Positions 43,000 through 53,980 of a DNA stretch of 64,000 bases are shown piece after piece; position 1 is the first letter of the stretch; every line of letters starts with the position of its first letter. The notes under the pieces were generated by a model that saw only the letters and a list, made by a program, of their open reading frames with translations, had not been told where the DNA came from and made no database searches. A program made the position numbers and the translations under genes. The DNA is from Myxococcales bacterium. GTDB taxonomy: Bacteria; Myxococcota_A; UBA9042. The stretch spans positions 32,001 through 96,000 of the forward strand of contig JBBISH010000002.1 of assembly GCA_037441385.1 (NCBI GenBank), written 5' to 3'.

Positions 43000-44930
43000 T
43001 ACTTGCAGGGCATCTTGCCGGTCGCCTTGCACTCGGACACGCAGGTGCCGTCCCACTTGTTGCTGCAGCAGTACTTGTCTTGCGCACAGACCTCGGCCTC
43101 GCAGGCGCAGCCGCTGCAGCCGGGGGTGCTGGCCGACGAGCAGCCGAGCGGGCAGTCCTCGGGGCAGGTGCTGGCCGATTCACTGCTGCTGCAGACGCCG
43201 TCGCCGCAGGCGCACGGGCCGCAGTCCTGCTGGCAGCTGGTGCACGTCTCGGTCGCGGAGCAGAACCCGTCGCCGCAGGTGTTGGCCGGGCACTTGGCGC
43301 TGGCCGACGACTTGCACTGGCTCACGCACAAACTGTCCCAAGCGCTCTTGCAGCAATAGGGATCGGCCGCGCAAACCTCGGCCTCGCAGGCGCAGCCGCC
43401 GCAGCCTGGGGCGGACGACGTCTTGCTCAGGCTCGCGCAGTTGCTCGCGCACACGCCGCAGTCTTGCGGGCAAACCGCGCAGTGCTCGCTGCCGTTGCAC
43501 TTGCCGTCGCCGCAGACCGCCGCGACGGTGGTGGGCTGGCAGGGTCCGCAGTCGCCGGGGCACGAACTGCACTTCTCGAACTTGCCGCACTCACCGTCGC
43601 CGCACGAGCTGCTGGTCGCGGCGCAGTCCTGCGGGCAGGTAGCGGTGCTCTCTTTGCCGTTGCAGGCGCCGTCGCCGCACCAGGTCACGACGGCGTCGCA
43701 GGTGGGGCCCTTGCACGAATCGGTGCACTCGCCAACGCAGGTGTTGTCCCACGCAGTGTCGCAGCAGTACGAATCCATGTCGCACACGCACTTCTCGCAG
43801 CCGCAGCCGCCGCAGCCGGTGGGGTTGGGGTCGCCTTCGGACTTGGGAATGCACTCGGGCGCAACAGTGGCGCAGGCGCCGCAGTCGGCCGGGCACGAGC
43901 CGCAATTCTCGGTGGTTGCGTCGCAATTCTTGTCGCCGCAGGCCGGGCAGGTGCCGCAGTCCTTGGGGCAGCCGCTGCAGGTCTCGCCGTCGCCGCATTG
44001 TCCGTCGCCGCACGAGGGCTTGACGGCGCAGACGACGGTCAACGTCAGCAAGGCGGTGCTGCTGGCCTTGGTCTCGACCGCGAGAATCTGGGTAGCCGTG
44101 GGCGAAACACCCAAGACTTGCTTCCACTTGCTGGCCACGCAGGCCTTGGGTGCGCACGAGCCAGGGGTGTAGGTGCCCAGGAGCATCAACGCCGCTGCGC
44201 TGGTTGTGTCGCCCGAAAGCTCAACGGTGGCGGTGGTGGTGGCGTCGCTGGCCAGGGCAAAGAACTTTTCGCCGCCGTCCCAGGCCTTGCCGCCTGCGCA
44301 GCCCCAAATGGCGGTGCCGCTGGGGCCCAGCTTGGTCGGATCCAGCACGACTTTGGCGCCGCAAGCCAGCGGTGCTGGCGTGCAGTCGACGGGCTCGCAC
44401 GCGCCCTTGAAGGCGCAGGCGCCTTGCTTGCAGATGCCCGTGCCGCCGCAAGTGCCGCCCGACTTGCAGGCGGTGCCGTCGGTCGCGATCACGTCTTGGC
44501 ACGCGCCGGTGGCAACGTCGCACTTGCTGGCGATGCAATCCGAGAACGCCTTGGGGCAGTCGGCGTCGCTGGTGCATTTGGCCGGAGCGACGTCCGGTTG
44601 GCTGTCGGGCTTGACGTCGCCGGTGATGTCGGTGGGGACGACTTCGCTGGTGTCGAAGCCGGTCCCATCGGACTCCGTGTCCAACACGGCATCTTCTTTG
44701 ACATCTTGCACGACGCCGTCTGGCTTCGGGGCGGTGTCGCCGCCGCTCGCATCGCCGGCCACGGTGTCAACCACCGAAGCATCGCCCGCGCCAGAACTGT
44801 CTTTGGCAATCGAAGTGTCGTTGCCGCTCGACGTGGACGTGGTCGACGTGGCGGGGTTGGCCTCGCAACCCATCAGGGCTAGGGCCGCGGCGAGGACGAG
44901 AGAGGAGGTCGGCAGACTTAGCTTGGACAT
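42999..44930 (-). CDS. Large Cys-rich repeat lipoprotein
   Basis: LALMGC lipobox; Asp/Thr linker; repeated CGDGxC...CPxDC and GCxGCxCE...YCC...WD..CV modules. Confidence 0.88.
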   Translation of the reverse strand: MSKLSLPTSSLVLAAALALMGCEANPATSTTSTSSGNDTSIAKDSSGAGDASVVDTVAGDASGGDTAPKPDGVVQDVKEDAVLDTESDGTGFDTSEVVPTDITGDVKPDSQPDVAPAKCTSDADCPKAFSDCIASKCDVATGACQDVIATDGTACKSGGTCGGTGICKQGACAFKGACEPVDCTPAPLACGAKVVLDPTKLGPSGTAIWGCAGGKAWDGGEKFFALASDATTTATVELSGDTTSAAALMLLGTYTPGSCAPKACVASKWKQVLGVSPTATQILAVETKASSTALLTLTVVCAVKPSCGDGQCGDGETCSGCPKDCGTCPACGDKNCDATTENCGSCPADCGACATVAPECIPKSEGDPNPTGCGGCGCEKCVCDMDSYCCDTAWDNTCVGECTDSCKGPTCDAVVTWCGDGACNGKESTATCPQDCAATSSSCGDGECGKFEKCSSCPGDCGPCQPTTVAAVCGDGKCNGSEHCAVCPQDCGVCASNCASLSKTSSAPGCGGCACEAEVCAADPYCCKSAWDSLCVSQCKSSASAKCPANTCGDGFCSATETCTSCQQDCGPCACGDGVCSSSESASTCPEDCPLGCSSASTPGCSGCACEAEVCAQDKYCCSNKWDGTCVSECKATGKMPCK

Positions 44931-44961
44931 GGCGATCCTGCACACGGTGATCCCAATGAGG

Positions 44962-45013
44962 GCGTCGGGTTGAAGCGTCGGGTTGAAGCGTCGGGTTGAA
45001 GCATCGGGTTGAA
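44962..45013. repeat. 13-bp tandem repeat x4 (GCGTCGGGTTGAA)
   Basis: Three exact copies plus GCATCGGGTTGAA, head-to-tail, no spacers. Confidence 0.95.
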
Positions 45014-45111
45014 ATTACTTCGCGCGGGCGCGGGGAACGTGGGTGGTCGGACACAGCCTAGCCGAGCGGGGGCCCGCGAGCAAGCGCGGTCCCAGCCTTG
45101 TAAGCATAACT

Positions 45112-45750
45112 CTATGGATAATCAAGAAGGATTGCAGATGGTTGATCGAGTTCGCGCCACAGCGAATCGTCCAGAACTGCGGCCCTACGGCTCGGCCCGT
45201 CCCACACGGACAGGAAGGCCGCCACTGGCTGCAGAGGCAGCGCAACCCGCGGATCCGCCATGTGCATCGGCACCACCGCCCGCACCCCCACCTGCCGCGC
45301 CAGCTCGGCGGCCTGCGCCGGGTCCAACGTATAGGTGCCGCCGGCTGCCAGCAGCAGCACGTCGCACCCACGCAACCACTCGACATCGTTGGAGGTCCAT
45401 GCGCCCAAGTCGCCGCTGTGGACGATGCGCCGCCCCTCGCCGCGCAGTTCCACCATGCGCACGAGCCCCGCTTTCAGGCCCAGGTGGGCGTCGTGGAACG
45501 CCGAGCGCGCGGCCAGCTGGACATTCCCTATGCAACAAGGCGGGTCGACCACACAGGTGGTGCCCAGCGCGGGCGTCCAGGCGGCGTGGTCCTCGTGGCG
45601 GTGGCTGTGGACGATGGCGTCAAACGGACCTTGAATCTCGGGCAGTTGAAAACGACCACCCAGCGCCCCCGGCTTGTGGGGGTCCAAGCACAGGCGCGTA
45701 CCCGCCAGTTCGATGGCAAAGGCCGCGTGGCCGAAAAAGCGAATCTGCAC
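45112..45750 (-). CDS. MBL-fold metallo-hydrolase
   Basis: FFGHAAF, HSHRHEDH, FHD, HSGDLG, VPMH motifs. Confidence 0.88.
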   Translation of the reverse strand: MQIRFFGHAAFAIELAGTRLCLDPHKPGALGGRFQLPEIQGPFDAIVHSHRHEDHAAWTPALGTTCVVDPPCCIGNVQLAARSAFHDAHLGLKAGLVRMVELRGEGRRIVHSGDLGAWTSNDVEWLRGCDVLLLAAGGTYTLDPAQAAELARQVGVRAVVPMHMADPRVALPLQPVAAFLSVWDGPSRRAAVLDDSLWRELDQPSAILLDYP

Positions 45751-45756
45751 CGCGGG

Positions 45757-46314
45757 CTAGACCGGCTCGCGGCTGGCAAAGCGCATCGCGCCGATGTACG
45801 GCAGGTTGCGATACCGCTCGTCGTAGTCCAGGCCGTAGCCCACCACGAACACGTCGTCGATGACGAAGCCGACCAAGTCCAGGTTGACCTCGACCCGCTT
45901 GCGCGCCGGCTTGTGCAGCATCGTGCAAACCCGCAGCGACTTGGGGTTGCGCGCCCGCAAAATGCTGAGCAGATACGACATGGTCAGGCCCGTGTCGACG
46001 ATGTCTTCCACCACCAGCACGTCGCGATCGGCAATGTCGAGGGTCAGATCGTGGGTCAACCGCACCGCGCCCGAGCTCTCCGTGGTACCGCCATAGCTCG
46101 ACACGCCCAGGAACACGCAGTTCAGCGGCAGATCGATGCGGCGCACCAGGTCCGAGAAAAACATGAACGAGCCCTTGAGCACGCACACCACCACCAGCGG
46201 CTTCTCGAAGGGGCCCAGAGCCATGACCTCTTTGGCCAATTCACCCGTGCGCGCCAGAACTTGCTCGCCGGTCAGGTAGTTGTCCACGATTTCGAGGGTC
46301 GCAGTGCCAGTCAT
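45757..46314 (-). CDS. hpt: Hypoxanthine phosphoribosyltransferase
   Basis: VLKGSFMF, VLVVEDIVDTGLT, FVVGYGLDYDERYRNLPYI. Confidence 0.96.
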   Translation of the reverse strand: MTGTATLEIVDNYLTGEQVLARTGELAKEVMALGPFEKPLVVVCVLKGSFMFFSDLVRRIDLPLNCVFLGVSSYGGTTESSGAVRLTHDLTLDIADRDVLVVEDIVDTGLTMSYLLSILRARNPKSLRVCTMLHKPARKRVEVNLDLVGFVIDDVFVVGYGLDYDERYRNLPYIGAMRFASREPV

Positions 46315-46332
46315 CGGGGCCTTCCTGCCGCG

Positions 46333-47151
46333 CTAGCTCAGCGCATTGTTCATGATCTCGCCCATGCCGCCAGCGCCGGGTACGATGTATTGATGGTCGG
46401 TGAGGCCGCACTCCTGCGCCCACTTTTCGCCGGGCACCGTCTGCAGCACCTCGGCCGGCGACAGGCCGCGATCCAGGCGGTAGGCGTAGATCGACACCTT
46501 GTCGCCAAAGGCCTCGGTCAGGCGCGCCACGAACTCGGGCGTGACGATCAAGTTGAGCGACACCACTTTGCGCGGCGCGCCGTCCAACTCCTTCAAGTAG
46601 AAGTGGATGGCTTCGGTCAGCGAGCCGCCGGTGGCGCCCATCGGGTCGGGGAAGAGCACGATGCGGTCCTTGACCGGCCCGGCGATCTTCTTGCCGTACA
46701 TGCCGGCGCCGGTCACCTGCTGCTGGTCGTTGGTGGTGCGATTCATCAGGATGTGATCCTGGCGAACCCGAGCTGGATCCAGCACTTCGCACAGCGCCTC
46801 GAAGCAGACCATCGACGGCAGGATGCCGGCGCGGGCGATGTCCACGGTGGTCACGTCCAGATCGGGGTCGATGATCTGGCCGGTGTAGAAGCCCTGATCG
46901 GTGAATTGGCTCATCCGCGTCTCGGACTTGACCACTTTACGCGGAAACTCGCGGTTGATCAGCGCCCGCACCAGCCCGCGGTACAACAGAGTCACAAGTC
47001 GGTTGACTTCCGGCTGCACGCACGTGGGGTGCGACAAGCGCGCCAGCCAGGTCAGGGCCAGCGTGTCGCTGAGCAAATGCACTTGCGAACCATAGTGGTG
47101 GGCGATCTCGCCGCTGCCGGGTTGCAGGTTCAGGTAGCAGGTCTCGGCCAT
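46333..47151 (-). CDS. Uracil phosphoribosyltransferase-like protein (divergent)
   Basis: IARAG, DPMGATGGS PRPP loop, YIVPGAGGMGE C-terminal motif. Confidence 0.8.
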   Translation of the reverse strand: MAETCYLNLQPGSGEIAHHYGSQVHLLSDTLALTWLARLSHPTCVQPEVNRLVTLLYRGLVRALINREFPRKVVKSETRMSQFTDQGFYTGQIIDPDLDVTTVDIARAGILPSMVCFEALCEVLDPARVRQDHILMNRTTNDQQQVTGAGMYGKKIAGPVKDRIVLFPDPMGATGGSLTEAIHFYLKELDGAPRKVVSLNLIVTPEFVARLTEAFGDKVSIYAYRLDRGLSPAEVLQTVPGEKWAQECGLTDHQYIVPGAGGMGEIMNNALS

Positions 47152-47244
47152 GATGCCCTCCGCCGCGGCTGGTTGCGACGGCGGAAGGGTCGCGCCGGCA
47201 GGGGGCGGCCGTCAAGCAACAAGGAGGTGACAGGGTGGGGGCGG

Positions 47245-50034
47245 CTAGAGGCGGGTCCGCCGCAACGCATGCCAGCGAACAGCCGGGGCCCGCCCAGCCG
47301 CACCCCGCCGCAACAGCACGTCCAGCAACAGCAAAAGCACCGCCAGGCTGACCAACTCGGGCCACAGCGGCGTGTGCGCTTGATGGGTCAAGCCGCGGGT
47401 GTCCAGCCAATCGGCGGGCTGGCTATTCGCTTTGCCGCCAGTGGCCTTGACCAGCTCCGGCCCCACGCCGATTTCCCCTGTAACCAAGCGCAGTTCATCG
47501 GGGTACGGATGCACCACGCTCGCTCGACCCGAGGCCAGGACCCGCTGCTTGCCCGGCGGCCGCAGGCGCGCTTCCACGTCGTAGGCGCCCACGCTGGCCA
47601 GGGGCACCACCTCCTCGTAACGGCCGGTAGCCACTTCAGAAAGTGGCAGCTGCGCCACCTTGCCGTCCGGACTGCGCAGGCTGGCCTCGCCCACCATGCC
47701 CTGCAGCCAAGTGCCGTCCTCGTCAATGGCGTCGACCGCCACCCGCAGTCGGTCGCGCTCGCGCAGCAGCCGCACCGCCACGTCCAGGCCCAGTTCCTCT
47801 TGCAGCACGTCGCGGACGATTTGGCGGCACAGGCGGGCGTGGTCGGGCCAGCGCGTCCAGGCCGTGGCCCAGCGGTTCTTCAGATCGCTCGTCCACACGC
47901 TGACTTTGCCCTGCCCCAGCCGCCAGCGCACCAGCAGCGGCTTGCCGTTGTTCAGGCGCAGGATCTCTTCGGCGCCGGCCTTGGTGCGGGTGGGCAAAAA
48001 GCCCAGCAAATTGGGCGCTTCGGTGATGTGCACCCCGCGCAGCAGGTCTACGCGGCCCAGGCCCGGAGCCAGGCGCGCCTGCACCGCCTTCTCGACCACC
48101 GACTCGCCGTGCAGCATCTTGGTCTCGCGAACGAAGATGCGCGGCAGGTTCTCGGGCCGGTCGGTGAAGTACGAGCGCCCGCCGCCGCGATCGGCGATGC
48201 TTTCGAGCAGGTTGCGGTCCACGTCGCCGCCCACGCCCACGGCCGAGACGGTGATGTTGGCCCGCCGCATCTGCCGTACCAGCGCGTCGATGCCCGCCCG
48301 CGGCGCCTGGCCGTCCGTCATCAGCAGCACGTGCTTGATCTTGGCCTGGGCACTGGACAATTGCTGGTAGGCCATGTCCAGCGCCGGGTAGATGTGGGTG
48401 CCGCCCGAGGCGGTCAGCTTGCCGATGTCCGACTCGATGCGGTAGCTGTTGCCGGCCCGCTGCAGCCGCACCGCCAGCCGCGACTCGGAGTCGAAGGCGA
48501 CCACGCCAATCAGGTCATCGGGCGCCAGCGCCTTGGCCGTGGCCAGCGCCGCCGCTTTGGCCAACTCGATCTTGGGCCCCGCCATCGAACCCGAGCGATC
48601 CACCGCCAGCATCAGCGCAATCGACGGCAGCTCGACCTTGGACTCCACGTCCATGTGCACCGGCAGGACGTGCTTGTCCAGGTACGTGTCTTGGTAACCG
48701 CCCGAGCCCAAGCTGTTTTCGCCGCCGATGACCAACAGCCCGCCGCCTTGACGGACATAGGACTCCAGGTTGCGCATGTCGCCATCGGTCAGCAGCGGCA
48801 CGCCCAGTTGGTCCACGCGTGGCACATCGGAAAGAATGACAGCCTGGTACGGGAGCAGGCCGCCCAAGCTGCGCGGCAGGCCGTCGGCCGGGCGGGTGTC
48901 GACCTCGAAATCATCTTGCAGCGCACTGGCCAGCGGCACTGCCTGGCGCTCGCCACCGCCCTCGACATACAGCAGCCGCGGCCGCTGCTCCACCGCCACC
49001 CGCGCGCGCAGCTGGTTGTTCGAGGCAAAGCGGTCCTGGCCGGTCACACTGGTGCACTCGACCGCTAGATCGACGAACCCCGGCTTGGTCAAACGCAGTT
49101 GCCCCAGGTCGACCCGCTGGCTGCCGGGCTGGAGCTGCTGGACCACCGGCGCGGGCGGATCGGGCGGGCCGCTTACGGCGCAGCGCACGGGCATCGCGGC
49201 GTTGGTCTGCAGCGTCGCCGCCAGGGCAAAGCGCACGCCGGTGCGCACCTTGGCTGGCAATTCCAGCTTCTCGACCAGCACTTCGGGCTGGATCGGCAGC
49301 GGCGGCAACAGCGGCAGGTGCACCTGGACGCCGGCCGCCTGCAGGGGCGCGAGGGTATGGAGGGCCTCGCCTTGGGTCTGCAACCCGTCGGACCACAACA
49401 CAAAATGCGCAACGGTGTGCCCGTCCAGCAAGCCAAGGCCCAAGCTCAGGGCCGCCTGCAGATCCGTGGCGGTCGCCGTGTCGGGCGCGCGCACAAAATG
49501 AGGCAGGCTGGCCAGCGTCGGCTCAATCGGCAGCCGGACCGCCGTGCCGTCAAAGGCGACCACCGCCAGCGGCGGCGCTGCGCTGTCGCCCTCGCGCGGG
49601 TGAGCCTTGTCCCAGGTGCCCAGGGCCAGGGCGCTTTCCAGCACACCCTGCTCGGCCGCGCGCAGCAGCGCATCCGGCACCGACGCCGAGCGATCGACCA
49701 GGTGCACCACTTGCGGGCGCCGCGGCCGCAGCCGCTCACTCTCGGGCCCCGCCAGGGCCAGCGCCAGCACCACGAGCAGCACCGCCCGCAGCACGGTCTG
49801 CAGGGCCACCTGCCAACGCGGCAGATCCGTAAGCCGCCAGGGCAGTTGCGCAACGAGCAGCCAGCCCAGGCCGGCCAAAGCCAACGCCCACGGCCGCGCC
49901 AGCGCCACCCCGTGCACCGCCAGCGCCACCGAGGCCTCGGGCCAATAGCGCTGGGCCGCCACGATCGACACCGCGGCCGCGAGCGCCACCCACGCGAGCC
50001 AAAGCCCTTGTCCAAGGCGCGCGCCGGCCTTCAT
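47245..50034 (-). CDS. Membrane protein with two VWA domains and a GATase-like domain
   Basis: VDRSASV and VDRSGSM MIDAS motifs, GGTHI, LMTDG; GGGLLVIGGENS; N- and C-terminal TMs. Confidence 0.88.
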   Translation of the reverse strand: MKAGARLGQGLWLAWVALAAAVSIVAAQRYWPEASVALAVHGVALARPWALALAGLGWLLVAQLPWRLTDLPRWQVALQTVLRAVLLVVLALALAGPESERLRPRRPQVVHLVDRSASVPDALLRAAEQGVLESALALGTWDKAHPREGDSAAPPLAVVAFDGTAVRLPIEPTLASLPHFVRAPDTATATDLQAALSLGLGLLDGHTVAHFVLWSDGLQTQGEALHTLAPLQAAGVQVHLPLLPPLPIQPEVLVEKLELPAKVRTGVRFALAATLQTNAAMPVRCAVSGPPDPPAPVVQQLQPGSQRVDLGQLRLTKPGFVDLAVECTSVTGQDRFASNNQLRARVAVEQRPRLLYVEGGGERQAVPLASALQDDFEVDTRPADGLPRSLGGLLPYQAVILSDVPRVDQLGVPLLTDGDMRNLESYVRQGGGLLVIGGENSLGSGGYQDTYLDKHVLPVHMDVESKVELPSIALMLAVDRSGSMAGPKIELAKAAALATAKALAPDDLIGVVAFDSESRLAVRLQRAGNSYRIESDIGKLTASGGTHIYPALDMAYQQLSSAQAKIKHVLLMTDGQAPRAGIDALVRQMRRANITVSAVGVGGDVDRNLLESIADRGGGRSYFTDRPENLPRIFVRETKMLHGESVVEKAVQARLAPGLGRVDLLRGVHITEAPNLLGFLPTRTKAGAEEILRLNNGKPLLVRWRLGQGKVSVWTSDLKNRWATAWTRWPDHARLCRQIVRDVLQEELGLDVAVRLLRERDRLRVAVDAIDEDGTWLQGMVGEASLRSPDGKVAQLPLSEVATGRYEEVVPLASVGAYDVEARLRPPGKQRVLASGRASVVHPYPDELRLVTGEIGVGPELVKATGGKANSQPADWLDTRGLTHQAHTPLWPELVSLAVLLLLLDVLLRRGAAGRAPAVRWHALRRTRL

Positions 50035-52025
50035 ACCGTCCTCCGGCGCAGGTACGCAGTCCATTCCAGCAGCAGCGCCGCGAGCGCCGCCGCCAGATAC
50101 GGCATGTAGTTTGGCCAGTTGCTGTGTGTTTCCGTGGGCGGTGCCGCTGGCCGGTCCACCACTGCCGGGCCCTGGCGCTGGAGCGCCGCCGGTCGCTCGC
50201 TGGCGGGCAGGCAGGTCGGCCGCACCACCGTTTCACCCGACGCGTGGATCCATTGATGCAGACCAAAGGCCTCGCTCAGTCCCACGAATTGCCCTGCCGA
50301 CAGCCGCGCCGGCCGCGGCGGTTGCCCCGGCTCGCGGTACTGCCAGTCGCCGCTGGGAATGGGCGCGTCCACCGCCCACGGCCGCCCCAGTTCCAGCGGC
50401 TGCAGCAGCGGCTGATCCTCGCCCGCCAGCCAGGCCAGTGCGTTGCTCACCAAGATCGGCAGGGCATAGCGACCCACCAAGTCGGTCTCGGCCAGGTCGA
50501 TGCCCCAAGTCAGCCGCCTCACAGGCGTTTCGCTCGCCACCATCACCGGCGCGCTGCGACCACCGCCTTGGGTCGCCGCCGCCAGCACCACTTGCCCTGT
50601 GCCACTGGCATTCCCCAAAGCCGGCAGGAGCCGCACCACGTCAAAGTTGGTGTCCTGGAAGCTGACGCCGCGCATGGTCGGATGGTCCGCAGTCCGCACA
50701 AGCACTTCGGGGTTGTGGGCCAGCTGGGTGGCGTCTCGCGCCAGGTCCAGTCCCAGCCGCCAGCTGGGCACCCCGTCGGGTGGCTCGGCCGAAACCCCAT
50801 CCAGAATCGCCAGATCGACGCCGTGCCGCGCGCGATCGGCCGCCCGCCACGCGGCGGGTTGGTAGTCGCCGGGCGCCAGCCGCTGTAGCTCCACCCGGCC
50901 GGTCGCCGCCAACGCCGCCCCCAGGTAGTGGTTTTCCTCGCCGACCCACAGCACCTTCAGCCGCCGCTGCGCCGCCACCACCGCCAGGCCCCAGTCGTCC
51001 CAGCGGGCGCGGTCGACCAGGCTGGGCTGGCTCGGCTCGACTCGCACCGCCACCCGCGCATCCACCAAGTCCAAGTCCGCGACTTGCACAGTAGTGGCGC
51101 CGGCCGGCAGCTCCACGTCGACCAGCCGGCGCAGGTTGCGGTCGCGGGCCAGCTCGGCCGGGGTCTGACCGCGGTCCGCCGCAAAGATCGCCAGCCGCGC
51201 CGGCACGGGCTTCCCAGTATCATTGCGCACTTGCACAGTCAGCGTGCCGCGATCCGGGTCGTCGGCCTGGGCGCGGATCGCCGCCTGCTCCACGGCCAGG
51301 TTGTCCAGGTGATACGCCTGCTTGGGATCGAAGGACGGTCCCGCCAGCGGCCCCACCCAGAGCCACTGCACGGGCACGGGCTGCGCTTCTACCTCTTGCA
51401 GGGGCAGGCCGCCGTCGCTCACCACCAACACCCGTGGGCCCGGCCGGCCTTGCACCATCTGGGCCGTGCTGTGCAGGGCGCGGTTCAGGTCCAGGCCGCC
51501 TTGGCTGGCGTCCACTTGGTCCAGGGCCTGCAAGAGGGCGGCCCGGTCGCTGCCCCAACCGGCGCGCACCTCCAGACTGCCCGAGGCCACCGCCAAAAGC
51601 ACATCCTCGTCAGTGGGTTGCCGCTCCAGCCACTCACGGGCGCGCTGCTTGGCCTCGTCCAGCCGCGCCGTGGCCACCCCTTGCACCACCACGTCGCGGG
51701 TCGCCATCGACGCCGAGCGGTCCAGCAGCAGCACCGTGGAACCGCGCCGCGGCGGCCGCACCGGCAGGGTCGGGTCCAACAGGTCATGGAGCTGCGAGCC
51801 CAGCAAGAGCGCCAGAATCACAAGGAAGATCAAGAAGCTCAGCAGTCTCTGCCAGCGCCGGCCCAAGCTGCGCGCCTGCGCCGCGCCCAGGACTTGCCGC
51901 CACAGCCCGCCAAACGGCACCTCGACCTGCCGCCGCCGCGGCCGCAGCAGGTACAGCAGGACCAGCGCCGCCAACGCAGCCAGGGCCCGCAGCAGCCAGT
52001 CGTAGAGATCGCCCGAAAGGTTCAA
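50031..52025 (-). CDS. BatA-like N-terminus plus VWA domain membrane protein
   Basis: LYLLRPRRRQVEVP..LW, LLDRSASM, VSDG, C-terminal LLLEW TM. Confidence 0.88.
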   Translation of the reverse strand: MNLSGDLYDWLLRALAALAALVLLYLLRPRRRQVEVPFGGLWRQVLGAAQARSLGRRWQRLLSFLIFLVILALLLGSQLHDLLDPTLPVRPPRRGSTVLLLDRSASMATRDVVVQGVATARLDEAKQRAREWLERQPTDEDVLLAVASGSLEVRAGWGSDRAALLQALDQVDASQGGLDLNRALHSTAQMVQGRPGPRVLVVSDGGLPLQEVEAQPVPVQWLWVGPLAGPSFDPKQAYHLDNLAVEQAAIRAQADDPDRGTLTVQVRNDTGKPVPARLAIFAADRGQTPAELARDRNLRRLVDVELPAGATTVQVADLDLVDARVAVRVEPSQPSLVDRARWDDWGLAVVAAQRRLKVLWVGEENHYLGAALAATGRVELQRLAPGDYQPAAWRAADRARHGVDLAILDGVSAEPPDGVPSWRLGLDLARDATQLAHNPEVLVRTADHPTMRGVSFQDTNFDVVRLLPALGNASGTGQVVLAAATQGGGRSAPVMVASETPVRRLTWGIDLAETDLVGRYALPILVSNALAWLAGEDQPLLQPLELGRPWAVDAPIPSGDWQYREPGQPPRPARLSAGQFVGLSEAFGLHQWIHASGETVVRPTCLPASERPAALQRQGPAVVDRPAAPPTETHSNWPNYMPYLAAALAALLLEWTAYLRRRTV

Positions 52026-52951
52026 CCCAGAAAGCCCCCCTGGCGAAAGACCTTCAGCACTGCCTCGTCAAACGGCACGGCCACGTCCAGCTGCAGGCAG
52101 CGCGCCGCCACCTGTCGCGCCGCTCGCTCCAGGTCGGCCGAGAACGCCTCGAACGCCTTGCGGTAATCGGCCATCAGCGCCGGTGTCAGAGTAATCTCGC
52201 ACAGTTCGCCCGTCTCACTGTCGACCAGCGTCACGTCGCCAAAGGCGCCCGCCTGCAGCAGCTGCAGGTCGCACAAGTGCAGGAGCATCGGCTCAAAACC
52301 GCGGTAGGCCAGCAGGCGCAGCGCGTCGCCCAGGCCGCTGGGATCGAAGAAATCGCTGATCAGCACCACCAGGCCGGGTCGCGGCTGGTGGCGGACAAAG
52401 TCGTCGATCGCCTTGCGGATATCCGTCTTGCCAGCGGGCTTCACCGCCGACAACGCCCGCAGCACGGCAAAGAACTGGCCGCGGCCGCGCACCGCCCGCA
52501 TCGGCGCCCCGGCGCCCTGGGCAAACGGCACCACGCTGACCCGGTCCAGGTTGGACAGCGAGATGTAGCCCAGCGCCGCCGCGATCTGCAACGCCCTGTC
52601 CAGCAAGCTGATCTCGCCCTCGGCACCCACGGCCATCGACTGGCTGTGGTCCACCAAGAAATAGACAGACAGGTCCTCTTCTTCTTCGTACTCGCGGATC
52701 TGCACCTGGTCCGACCGCGCCAGCAGCGCCCAGTCCAGCTGGGCCATGTCGTCGCCGGCCGAATAGTCGCGGTGTTCGGCAAACTCCAGGCCCGAGCCGA
52801 TCTTCTTGCTGCGGCGGTGCGCCTGCGCCCCCGACGTCGCCATGCGCCGCGCCAGCAGGGCCAACTGCTCCACTCGACCCAGGAAACTGGGGTCAAACAG
52901 GTCGCTGCGCACCTGGGGGCTGGCGTGGTCGTCGCTGGGCTGGGCGGCCAT
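52022..52951 (-). CDS. DUF58 domain protein
   Basis: GLEFAEHRDYSAGDD...LDW...EYEEE...VDHSQSM, LISDF. Confidence 0.92.
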   Translation of the reverse strand: MAAQPSDDHASPQVRSDLFDPSFLGRVEQLALLARRMATSGAQAHRRSKKIGSGLEFAEHRDYSAGDDMAQLDWALLARSDQVQIREYEEEEDLSVYFLVDHSQSMAVGAEGEISLLDRALQIAAALGYISLSNLDRVSVVPFAQGAGAPMRAVRGRGQFFAVLRALSAVKPAGKTDIRKAIDDFVRHQPRPGLVVLISDFFDPSGLGDALRLLAYRGFEPMLLHLCDLQLLQAGAFGDVTLVDSETGELCEITLTPALMADYRKAFEAFSADLERAARQVAARCLQLDVAVPFDEAVLKVFRQGGFLG

Positions 52952-52960
52952 TCGTCCTCA

Positions 52961-53959
<999 letters not shown>

Positions 53960-53980
53960 GCGCTCCCCTGGCCGCACCGC

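Noticed and set aside
44962..45013. Direct repeats as a possible CRISPR array
   Set aside because: 13-bp units with no spacers and no cas genes; it is a simple tandem repeat
45043..49068. 1341-aa plus-strand ORF (likewise 33933-36608, 21435-23669, 37522-39807, 51434-53554)
   Set aside because: Antisense shadows of clear minus-strand genes; long stop-free reverse frames are expected with high GC3, and they show no motifs
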